A stretch of 63,978 nucleotides of DNA, filler included, from Pelomyxa schiedti (lineage: Eukaryota > Protista > Evosea), in the NCBI GenBank assembly GCA_020536535.1. It is 10 parts of 10 records of this genome, joined end to end, with 100 filler letters (N's around TTAATTAATTAA, not from the genome) between each part and the next. Parts side by side here need not be neighbours in the genome. Positions count along the whole stretch, not along the records: positions 21,836 to 22,964 come from JAHLWZ010002794.1; positions 23,065 to 24,536 come from JAHLWZ010002485.1; positions 24,637 to 26,696 come from JAHLWZ010000587.1; positions 26,797 to 40,622 come from JAHLWZ010001182.1; 6 more parts are not named here. One strand, written 5' to 3'. The notes under the pieces are model-generated. The model was not told where the DNA came from, did no database searches, and saw only the letters and a list, made by a program, of their open reading frames with translations. This document shows positions 22,964 through 34,431 of this stretch, one piece after another; the first letter of the stretch is position 1, and every line of letters starts with the position of its first letter. Both the position numbers and the translations under genes were made by a program.

Positions 22964-24888
22964 ANNNNNNNNNNNNNNNNNNNNNNNNNNNNNNNNNNNN
23001 NNNNNNNNTTAATTAATTAANNNNNNNNNNNNNNNNNNNNNNNNNNNNNNNNNNNNNNNNNNNNCCCTTTATTCTCTTCACTCTCACTCGTTTTCTTCCT
23101 CTGTGGGACTTATTCTCGAGCCCACAGAAGCTAACAAATTGGTGGAGGATGCGTCACGTTCTCCGTGGCTCGTATCCAAACACTATGCAACAAACTCGTA
23201 ACTCGTAACTCGAACTGAACCGATTACACCCGATCTCCGATGCTTCGATTTACTCGTGGACCTTACGTAAACCTACGAGGACACTACGGCACACTAACGA
23301 CACCGTACTTCGTTCGGCAGACATTAACCCAGTTGCCGGATACTACCCGCGGCACTAATTCACATCACCAACCCTTATCTTAACGATCACCGTGATGATT
23401 CGATGTTTTCGAGACTCACAAAGACTCTTATCGACCTCCAAATCGTTTCCTTTCTCATCTGTCAACGCACAGCTTGGCCCTGGACCAAGAACTACCCAGA
23501 GAATACAACTCAGTCAGGCCTGATCATGCTCCAAGACTCAGAGAGCTGTCACCACGCCACATACAGAGATGATAACTACTATGCTACTACTACGCAGCGT
23601 ACTTGTACGTGGAACACACACGATCACGATCCATTACTACCAAGACAAATGGAACCCGCTTCACTGGCAACGAGTACGACAACACCATCAGTTTTTAACC
23701 GTTCTTTCTCGACATTAACATCGACATCGACGACGAAGGACCCGTCAGCGTCGACACCCAACAATTATTTTCCGCAAGGAAGAATCAAAAAATTTGATTC
23801 GATTTGATTTGATTGATTTCAATGAATCTCCAATCTCTTACTTTGAGGTGCTGCTACCGAGAGGAGCAGAGTGGAGTCAGAAGAGACATGTGGAAATGCC
23901 GGAAAGCAACTGTAAACCAGCGGAAGTCATACGGCAATGCACAAGCATGCAAATCTCACGGCGAAGATAAATACAGCAAGCTGGCATCATAGACAGCCAA
24001 GCCCTCAAGGGAACCAGAACTGGCAAGCCTGGAATCTGCACTGAGATTAGGATCAGTGATCCCACAAGCAGAACCAACCTTACAGCACAACGGCCGGGTG
24101 CTTCTAGAGAGTCTAATTGCAATCCAGGAAGTAAAGGCTCACATTCTAAGGCAATTTGCAGAGAACTGAATCGTGTAAGTGATATAGTTATCAGAGGTAT
24201 CAGCAGCAACCTGGGCTCAACAGCGGCATGATGGGAACTGAGAGGCTGCATGAGCAAGCCTGAAGGTGAAACCGCTGTGATTCCACAGCAAGAATGAAAC
24301 GAGACTGAGGCAGCACAATATTACAAATCGCATCAGCATTCTCTGGAATCAGGGTGCAGAAGAGCGTGGATGTGATGAAAGGAGTGCTTACTAGTGAGTT
24401 TGAGCTGAGCAGAGGGCACCAACAGAGCCGGTTTGAGAACAGGCCAAGAGAAGGAGAAAATATGAACCCCTGAGCTCAGATAACTCATGAATTGTCACAA
24501 ACCTGCGTAGCCATTAGCTATTTAACAATTAAAACTNNNNNNNNNNNNNNNNNNNNNNNNNNNNNNNNNNNNNNNNNNNNTTAATTAATTAANNNNNNNN
24601 NNNNNNNNNNNNNNNNNNNNNNNNNNNNNNNNNNNNCATTCACTTCCCTGGATTCAAGAGATGGGTCAGTCTCATGACCACACCCTTCTCCTGTTTTCTC
24701 TCCTCCTCCCAGTACTAGAGTGCGTGGGGGGCAGTATTTCAAAATACCTGCCCAGGTTTTATCGGTTTTGTCTGTAAGAAAATGTTCATCCAAAAAATCA
24801 AAATTGACATTGTGATTCCTTGGTTGAAATGAAAAACAAATACACCAGCGTTTCTTTTGTTGAATATTTTGAACTGCGAGTTGAGACA

Positions 24889-25718
24889 TCAAGAAAGTAG
24901 ACAAGGGTCCTTCCCTGAGGCTTTGGTTGTTGAAGTAGTGCCTGATTCTGGAGTGGAGCTAGAGTGCTGGAGTCTGGTAAATTCACGTACAAGTGCAAAA
25001 AAGACCTCTGGAATGTTGGTGCCAGTAAGTGCTGATGTCTCCCTAGTGTACGGGGCAGAGTAATTGTTCAATAAGAAGCCGTAAGAAAAAGCAAGTACCT
25101 GAAGGGGCAGAGCCACAACTTTGCCAGTTCCTCCCCTTCATGTGTTGAAATGCAGCGGCCTTCAGTGAGGTCACATTTATTTGCACACAGTACCATTGGT
25201 ACAGCCCTGCTGTTTCCCGCAAAGTGCAGTATTTTTTCCCTAAATTTTGTTACCAAGGAAAAGCGACGTACGAAGTGATTGTGGTACAACTTGTACTGTT
25301 TGACTTTCTCGAATGCATCTGGGGATGTAATGGAATACACAAACATAAATGCCTCCCCATTGGCAGCGGGGTTTCTTAGTGCCTCACTCTCATCTTCTTT
25401 GGAACCTAACAGGAATCAAAAACAGTACAAGAATAACAAGCCAAAAAAGCGTCAATACTAGTGTCCAGTATAACAAGCGAGAATTTTTCACCATCCACAG
25501 TGACTACATATGGGAATTCCTCTTCCATGCTGGGGTCATAGTCTAAATACAATTCCACACAACACTCCAACAGTAAATTTACATTTTTAAAAAGGCCAAT
25601 CCGAACCTGGAACAAATTTCTGGAGACAAAACTGAATTACCATTGTGGACTTGCCCACACCAGGGCTCCCCAACATAATAACCCTGCATTTTCTGGTGGG
25701 TGGCGATTGTGGGTTCAT
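24889..25718 (-). CDS. Atypical Ras-family GTPase, copy 1 (intact)
   Basis: GSPGVGKS, YDPSMEE, ILDT, VYSITS, ANKCDL, ETSAL and CAAX CLLS*, with four short introns. Confidence 0.85.
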
Positions 25719-25943
25719 CTCTCAAACCGAAAGAACACAGTTTTCTGTTCTGTTGATGTAATCAAAAAACTGTTTCGGCAACCCAAAGCAACAAATTTGT
25801 TTGTTATTCTGTTTATCAGAGAGACATAAAGTATGACCGGCCGNNNNNNNNNNNNNNNNNNNNNNNNNNNNNNNNNNNNNNNNNNNNNNNNNNNNNNNNN
25901 NNNNNNNNNNNNNNNNNNNNNNNNNNNNNNNNNNNNNNNNNNN

Positions 25944-26571
25944 CCTGAAGGGGCAGAGCCACAACTTTGCCAGTTCCTCCCCTTCATGTGTTGAAATGCA
26001 GCGGCCTTCAGTGAGGTCACATTTATTTGCACACAGTACCATTGGTACAGCCCTGCTGTTTCCCACAAAGTGCAGTATTTTTTCCCTAAATTTAGTTACC
26101 AAAGAAAAGCAACGTACAAAGTGATTGTGGTACAACTTGTACTGTTTGACTTTCTCGAATGCATCTGGGGATGTAATGGAATACATGAACATAAATGCCT
26201 CCCCATTGGCAGCGTAGTTTCTTAGTGCCTCACTCTCATCTTCTTTGGAACCTAACAGGAATCAAAAACAGTACAAGAATAAAAAGCCAAAAAAGCGTCA
26301 ATACTAGTGTCCAGTATAACAAGTGAGAATTTTTCACCATCCACAGTGACTACATATGGGAATTCCTCTTCCATGCTGGGGTCATAGTCTAAATACAATT
26401 CCACACAACACTCCAACAGTAAATTTACATTTTTAAAAAGTGAAGGCCAATCCGAACCTGGAACAAATTTCTGGAGACAAAAAACTGAATTACCATTGTG
26501 GACTTGCCCACACCAGGGCTCCCCAACATAATAACCCTGCATTTTCTGGTGGGTGGCGATTGTGGGTTCAT
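25944..26571 (-). pseudogene. Ras-family GTPase, copy 2 (2-nt homopolymer insertion; 3' end in gap)
   Basis: Near-identical to 25098-25718. The A run at ~26479-26484 is two bases longer than in copy 1 and shifts the frame. Confidence 0.7.
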
Positions 26572-26796
26572 CTCCCAAACCGAAAGAACACAGTTTTCTG
26601 TTCTGTTGATGTAATCAAAAAACTGTTTCGGCAACCCAAAGCAACAAATTTGTTTGTTATTCTGTTTATCAGAGAGACATAAAGTATGACCGGCCGNNNN
26701 NNNNNNNNNNNNNNNNNNNNNNNNNNNNNNNNNNNNNNNNTTAATTAATTAANNNNNNNNNNNNNNNNNNNNNNNNNNNNNNNNNNNNNNNNNNNN

Positions 26797-26886
26797 TTTT
26801 GTTTTGTTTTGTTTTGTTTTGTTTTGTTTTGTTTTGTTTTGTTTTGTTTTGTTTTGTTTTGTTTTGTTTTGTTTTGTTTTGTTTTG

Positions 26887-26916
<30 letters not shown>
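26797..26916 (+). repeat. (GTTTT)n microsatellite
   Basis: More than 20 perfect pentamer units at the contig edge. Confidence 0.97.
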
Positions 26917-26917
<1 letters not shown>

Positions 26918-26995
26918 GCTTTTGATTTTGGGAAGAAGATTTGTAACTCTTCTTGTTAAGGTAATTGTAACACTAATGAAAAACTGTTGTTGCAG

Positions 26996-29900
26996 AGTGA
27001 AGCATTCTAAGCCCTCAAGTTTGTTGGGGATAATATTCGGAGTCATGAAAGAGCCTATGTTCTTTTTGCTCCTCACTTGCAGTTGCTTGTACTTCATTCT
27101 GGGTGACCATGACGAAGCCTTTATGCTTCTAGCCTTTGTTATATTCATAGTCGCCATTACTGTGTACCAGGAAAGAAGAACAGAAAAGGCACTGGCAGCA
27201 TTGAGGGGACTTGTGTGTCCTCGTGCCAAAGTCATCCGGCAGGGCTATTGCAGGTATTTAGGATTCCTTACGTGAGAGAAATAATAGTTGATCGAGTCAC
27301 ACCTCTAAAGGTTCATCAAATCCACGAAATTAGTTGTGGACGATGTTGTTGTGATCCAGGAAGGTGACTGTGTTCCTGCCGATCTTGTGTTACTCTGGAC
27401 AAACACCATTGTAGTAGACGAATCTCTTCTTACAGGTATTACGTTATCGTTCTTTTGTCTATGCCGACCACCTTTAGGAGAATCTGTGCCTGTGATGAAA
27501 GTTGGTGGGGAAACGGCATATGAACTGCAACTACCCGGGGCTTCACCATCTCACTCCTGTTTTGCTGGAACTTTTATTGTGTCAGGGAAAGGTGTGGGGG
27601 TGATTAAACGAACCGGTGAAACCACACAATTGGGTAAAATTGGTGTGCATCTTGTTTGCTCTGGAATTACCTTACATATTTTTTTCGTTATTGGCAGGTA
27701 AGACATTGGCCACAATTGATTCAGACAATACCTCAGTTCGAAAGGAAGTCAATTCCCTAGTGTGCAAGATGGCCCTAATTGGCGGCCTCGCTAGTGTGGT
27801 GGTGTTTCTTTCCCATGGGCTTCTGTATGCAATAGGGTTACTAAAAAATTTCTCACTTCCAACAATAAAGATATGGCCATTGGATACGTGCCATACTGAC
27901 TTCATTATCTCTGGCAATGGGACTTTTACCAGAAGAGTTCCCCGTTGTTTTGACAGTGTTTTTGGCATTGGGCGCATTACGAATATCCTATAAGAACGTT
28001 CTGGTTAGAAGGAATTATGTGAGACTCCTTCCACTACTCCAAAAACATAACATACAACAGGCTGTGGAGTCTCTAAGTTCCTGCACAGTACTCTGTACGG
28101 ATAAAACCGGAACTTTAACACTCAATACAATGGAAGTTGACACTTTATGGAGCCAAGAGACTGCAGCATCCCTTAAACAACATCATGCACCAGGGGAAGT
28201 TGTTTGTGAAGAGCTGCAAGCTGTTGTTGAGTAACATCCTTCCTCAAAAAGTCTTTTCAATTCATTTGACTTTCCAAGGTATGCTATGCTTTCATGCCAA
28301 CCACACCCCCAAGACCCTATGGAAGTTGCCCTTCTCCAGTTATTTACTTCCGGGACTGTTGGCTGGGGAAAAGCGCATCCCTCCTGGGAAGTAGTTAAAG
28401 TAATCTAGCCGTAAAGATCATACTTTTTTTTCTAACCCCACAAAGGAATATCCGTTTTCCAGAGATATGATGATGATAACATGTGTATGGAAAGAAGCAC
28501 TATCAACTTCCTCTGTCTCAAATAAATTGACCATTGCTGCCAAGGGTTAATTGATCCCTCCGCATGGAGCCACTTCTAACTTCCGCAGGTGCTCCAGAAA
28601 GCATACTCTCTTTATGTAACCTCACAACCGATCAAGTAACCCCAATTATTAATGCAGCTACCCACATGATGGTATTTGTGAACTTAAGTACTTTGTAATT
28701 ACAACACACAGGAAAATGGGTTACGTGTTCTAGCAGTTTCCAAGTCCCAATGGGATGCAAATACACCACTGCCGAATTCTTCGAGAGATTTTTCCTTTAC
28801 TTTTGTTGGACTTGTTGGGTTCCGGAATCCAGTTCGGCCGGTAATCATTCCTGTTCAGTGTCGTCACCTTTTGACCTTTCTAGGGAGTTGTAAAAGCTAT
28901 TTCTGATGCCATGACTGCTGGAATTAGGGTAATCATGATAACAGGAGATGCTCCTGAGACTGCTGGTTTCTCTTTTTTTTCATCTCTATTCTTTTTGAAT
29001 ACCTTGCAGTTGCAGTTGCAAATGAGGTTGGACTCCCTGTTTCTCAAATGCCATACCGCGTGATGACAGTGAGTTCAGTTTATTTATCGGCATAATACTT
29101 CCCGTAATAGGGTGAACACATAGAAGCCAGTATGGACAACAAAGTTTTGGCAAATCATGTGCTCTCTACCTGTGTTTTTGCCCGAGTTTTACCTGAGCAG
29201 GTTCCAGCTAATTTCCCCACCGTGTAGCCAATAGTACGCAGAAACTTCGGATAGTTGACAGTCTTAAACTAGCTGGACATGTGGTAGCAATGATTGGTGA
29301 TGGTGTTAATGACGCTCCAGCTTTGAAGTCGGCGAACATTGGAATTGCTATGGGGCAAAGGTACTTGCGAATGTATCAATTTCCTCTCATCCAGTTTAGG
29401 GGAACTGACGTTGCTCGTGAAGCAGCAGCAGTTATTCTACTGGATGATGATTTTTCCTCTGTAATTTCTGCCGTTCGTCTTGGAAGGTTTTTCACTTCTT
29501 TTTTGATTTTCCAAGCTTACAGTCTCCAAGACGGATAAGGGACAATCTTACCAAAGCATTTGCCTATATTGTAGCAATTCATGTACCGCTATGTGGACTT
29601 GTAGTATTTCCAGTGCTCTTTGGATGGGTAACACCCCCAGCACCCACTCTTTTTTTCCCATATTCTGTAGAACACAATATTATTCCCTGCACATATTGTC
29701 TTCCTTGAGCTAATAATCGACCCGAGCTGCTCTGTTGTTCTGGAAGCCGAGCCAGAGGAGCCAAATGTAATGCACCGACCCCCCACTCCAGCCAATTCCC
29801 CTCTTCTCTCTGCAAAAACCCTGCTTTTGGCACTTGTACAGGTTGACTGCAACAACAACCATGCAATAGCACTAACACAAAAAAGGGATCCTGTATTACC

Positions 29901-30520
29901 GTTGTTTGTCTATGTACATACTGTATGTACTATTTCTTGTGCTATCTCCCTGAACCTGGTTTCTTTTTACCAGATTTATCTGTGACATTCTATATGACAC
30001 CAAACCAAGCGCGGTCATTGGCTTTCTCCACCATAGTGTTCTCTAACCTATTCCTCCTGGTGACACTTTACGCGTTGCTTTTACGTTTTACTACTTACAC
30101 CCGGCTTGCAGGTTTCTTACCGCTCAATGTCAAACTCCATATACCAAACATTCAGAAGGAGAAATGTTCCACTGTGGTACAGAATCCCAACCCTTTGAAA
30201 TACCGCGCTCTGTACTAACAACAACCATCCAGGATCACAATGGGGGTAGTTATCCCAGTTTTGATGTTTGTAACCTTCTCCTGGAGACTCCAACATATAT
30301 TCCACTTTGATACAGTTACATTCTGGCAGTTTGCATGCAGTACATTTTTCCCTTAACTTTCCTTTGCCCTCACACTTCCGCAGCTTCATGTGGCGCATTG
30401 ATTGCCAATGTGTGGTTTGAACTGTACAAAGCACTAGCTCATACATTACGGCGTTCGGCAGCACCACAACAGAATAGTGGTGATATACACTCTATGATGG
30501 AAATGGGACACCAGGTGTGA
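26996..30520 (+). CDS. P-type II cation-transporting ATPase, prokaryote-like PEEFP subtype, intron-rich, 5' end missing
   Basis: [60 protein letters not shown] and [11 protein letters not shown]. Confidence 0.9.
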
Positions 30521-30586
30521 TGAATTTTGAACTAGCATCTAAAAAGCATCTTTTTTTTTCCTTCTCTGTATTCATATTTTGTATAT

Positions 30587-32394
30587 TCAACCAAAAGTAT
30601 TATCTGTGTACTTTCCGCTTTGTTGTTGTCTTTGCATTTGCATTTGTTGTAACTGTTGTTGCCTGTGTTGAAACTGTTGTGCATTACTGCCGAGAATATT
30701 GTTGTGTTGTGGCTGTGGTTGTGGCTGTGATGGCTGTGTTTGTTGGTGAGTGTGTTGTTGCTGTTGTAATGCAGGTTGTGGTGTGGGGCAGTGAATGTGA
30801 TGACTGAAGCTTAGTTGTTGAGCTATGACACTCTGTTGTGTGGGTGGAAGAAGAACACCATTGGTCCCGAGCCACTGGTTGTTGTTGGGTTTTTGGTGTA
30901 CTGTAAATGAAAAAGTGTGAAAAGTGCAAAACATACAGTGTCACAGGTTCGGCATTTTCCAAAGACGGTGCAATTAGCAAGCCACAGCTATGGGAAAAGA
31001 ATGAGAAATTATAATACACCAGGAAGAGGTCCTACAAAAAAAGTGATGAATTGGTCCACTCTATTCCGATTGGCTACAATGGCTTCATTTGCTGCTGCGG
31101 AAATATTGCGAAATTCTTCGTAGTGACTGGCACTTGTGGTAGACGGTTCCTTGGAATTGGGCATTAACATAAATTTAGGAAATTTTACCATACTTCATGG
31201 AGGGAGAAGGCTGCAACCCGTGAAATGAGAGGATAGTTGCTGCATAGACTGTAGTCCTCTAAAACAACTACCACTCTCATCACTCGCGGTAGAACTACCT
31301 ATGAAATGTTACTAACGGATTGAGGTATTATAACGCACATGTAAAGTGGCTATCGTGGGATCCACAGCACTTCGAGGTATTTTGCGAATTTCAAAGCGAT
31401 TCCTGAGGTGTAATGTGTAAACGGTAATTGATAAGACAAGTAACTGCAACTGATAGTACTGTGGCACCCTGTCGATAATAGAACTTAACATTTTCTGCAC
31501 TTCTGGGTGGGAAAGTTTCACGGAATTTTGTTGAGGATAAATCGGTTGCGATAGTACTTGCGGGAATAGGTTAAGTACTTGACTGTCCATAAACCTAGAA
31601 ATCATAAATCTAGTACTCTAAATGAGCCCTTTTGGGAACGTACTCGATAAGTGAGGATTGCTGGCGTATGTTAGACTGGGGAATAAACGGTCCTTCGAAT
31701 TCCAGGAATGCAGAAAAGGATCTGACCATTAGTATGAATTTTTCCTTCCGGTAACACTTTGTTGCTGTTGTACCTCGCTTCAGCATCTTCCACATAATTC
31801 CTCATACTTGAGAGAAATTGAGTTCCTACTTGTCAGTATTAAATCACAATACTTCTGCTATTAACATATATCGAGTTAAACACACGATGGATAGTCAAAC
31901 CAATAAGTAAGTGAGTGAGAGAGTCACAGAGTGAGAGAGAGAGAGAGTGAGCGAGTAATTAAGTACACAAGCATGAGTACAGGGGGAGGGACGTACGTAC
32001 ATCTCCTAGAATTGCAGGCCTTCTCTAGTTTTGTGAAGTCACTGGCAGCGGTGACTAAGTGTGACCTCAATTCCCCCCGCATCGTGTTCGTGTTCGTATT
32101 CGTGCTCGTGGTGGTGGTGGTTAGCTGCTGGCCTGGCTTCCCTTCGGGTGTCGTGGCCGTGGCCGTGGGCGTGACCGCGGGGGTTGGTGTGTCCTTGTCC
32201 TTGTCCTTGTTGAGTGGCGGTGGTTGTGGTTGTGCCTCCAGCGCGGGTGTCGGGGAGGAAGAGGAAGGGGGAGGGGCAGGGGCAGCGGGGGCAGGGGAGA
32301 GGGTCTGCTGGGGCTGGGGGCACGGCGAAGGGATCGAGAGGTGGGTGTGGGCCCGCACTCGGTCCACCACCATGCACCACGCGTTGTTGTCCAT
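30587..32394 (-). CDS. Multi-exon hypothetical protein (P/T-rich N-terminus, Q-rich C-terminus)
   Basis: Series of minus-strand exon-like ORFs separated by short intron-like segments. No family was recognised and the 3' end is uncertain. Confidence 0.5.
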
Positions 32395-32633
32395 TGTGCG
32401 TTGGTCACTTAAGGCTAATTAATTAATCTATGAAAGGACAACAAGGAGTTGTGTGTAGAGTTTTTCGGGGGTGGCAGTGGGAAAACCTATTCATGTGAAA
32501 AGTGGGGGAGTAGGTGAGGGTTGGAGCAGAGGTATAATTCAACGGAACGAGGCATTTTCCTGGAATCCTATTATTATGTTCGTCTCGTTTTTCCAATAAA
32601 CCAGATTCAAAAAAAAAAAAAAAAACAGAGCGG

Positions 32634-34092
32634 ATGGACAAGGTAACCACGGGCACCACCGTTACTTTAGATCTACGACACGACACCAACACCACGACGT
32701 TATTTGCGTGCCATCTCTTGGAAACTCATCACTTTTTTTTTCCCCCCCTCCGTGTCGGTTAGGCTGCGTTTGAGACGTTTTTGCACAAATTCGATGTGAA
32801 CAAATGTATACTTGCTTAGTGTGCTAACGTTGTTATTTACGTCAATGTATTCAGATTTCCATGATCACACAGTCAAAGACCTTGTTGAGCAACTCAAAAA
32901 TCGTGTAGATACGCTCGATCAAGAAGGTTGTGACTTTCTCTATGACGCTGTTTTTGGCCCTTGACATTGTTTGTAATTTATATATATTTTTACTTACTGG
33001 TCACACAGCTGCTGAAAGGGACCAGAATATGGCGGATCCCGAAGAAAGAAACAAAATGAAGCTTCTTGTTGGTGTGTTGGCTTTCCTTTACCAGGTTTTG
33101 GAACTCATCTCCTCTAGTTGGAGACGGTGTTGTAGGCAAGACGTGCTTGTTGTGTTCATACAAAAACGGTTTGTTGAAGTGCACAATCTTCTTGTATACT
33201 TACTGGTAACAGGGGAGTTCCCAGAAAAATATGTACCAACAGTGTTCGAAAAGTATGTTCCATTTCCAACACACTTATGCCCATCCAAAATGATAACGTA
33301 TTATAGCTACATTGTGCCAACCAAGTGGAATTCTATGGATGTACACTTGCACGTATGGGATACCGCCGGTCAGGATGAGTATCTACCCTCCTGCGGGTTA
33401 ATACTGTGTTCATCTTAACTGAGGTATGACCGACTGCGGCCCCTGAGCTACCCTGGAACTGACGTTGTCCTCATTTGCTACTCAACAATTAGCAACTCTT
33501 CCTTCGAAAGTGTCAAATCAAAAGTGCTCACAATGAAAATGTATTTCCTCATCTCACCTTTTTTCAGTGGCACCCAGAGATCGTTCACTACCTTCCAAAT
33601 GCCATTAAAATCCTCGTTGGCACTAAAATCGACCTTCGAGAAGCACGGTCTATTGATCCAAACACCGGAACATTCGAGCCGGTCACAACCGAAGCGGTAT
33701 CAATTTGACTTTTTAATTTCCAATCCGTTCCCGACTAATGAAATACAAAGGGTGTTGCACTTGCCAAGAAATTGAAGATGTACGGATATATGGAGGTTTC
33801 CGCTAAGACCAGAGTCGGGCTTACTGAGGTGTTTGATGCCGCCATTGAAAGTGTTATGCGGGATAGATATGCCAATGACCCCGAACCGGTACGGCATAGC
33901 CAGTATCTTCTATCCGGTTTCTAAACAACAAAACAGGAACCGGACACAGCGGCACCGGCAGCAAGCTCCTCAACAACAACCACAACATCTACCACCACAC
34001 CAGCACCCGAATCAGCAGCTGCTAAGCCCGCCATTATCACCACAGGCGAGAAACCAAAGAAGAAGAAGGAAGGAGGATGCAACATTTTATAA
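32634..34092 (+). CDS. Rho/Rac-family GTPase with N-terminal helical extension
   Basis: Splices to MDKAAFETFL...[50 protein letters not shown] and a polybasic CAAX tail [11 protein letters not shown]. Confidence 0.92.
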
Positions 34093-34431
34093 GCACAAGT
34101 AAGTAAACAAAGCCAAATGTGACTGTGTCTACATAACACAACAAAAACAAGAAACTCGTAGTTCTATTCCCTCAAAAAGCACCCATTCTTTTCTTTGAAG
34201 CAGATTCGGAGGTGCAATTGCACCTTGTGAGCTTGTCTCCTCCTGCTCAGAGAGTAAGATCCCGGCGAGATTGTCGTATTCGTTTATTTTTGGCGAGATT
34301 CATTTCTTTTTTCCCTTCTTTTTTTTCTTTATTCTCCACACGTCCATTTGTGGTGCAACACCGAAGACCCACCCGGGGGTGCGACAATAAGCGACAAGAA
34401 CCGTAACACAAACACGACCACCAACACCACG

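Noticed and set aside
23067-23807. TAA-to-Gln genetic code reassignment
   Set aside because: Another plus frame is similarly stop-poor, so composition explains it. Host genes (TOG, Rho, eIF4E) end in TAA.
26741-27235. KQNKT / FCFVL repeat proteins
   Set aside because: These are translations of the (GTTTT)n microsatellite.
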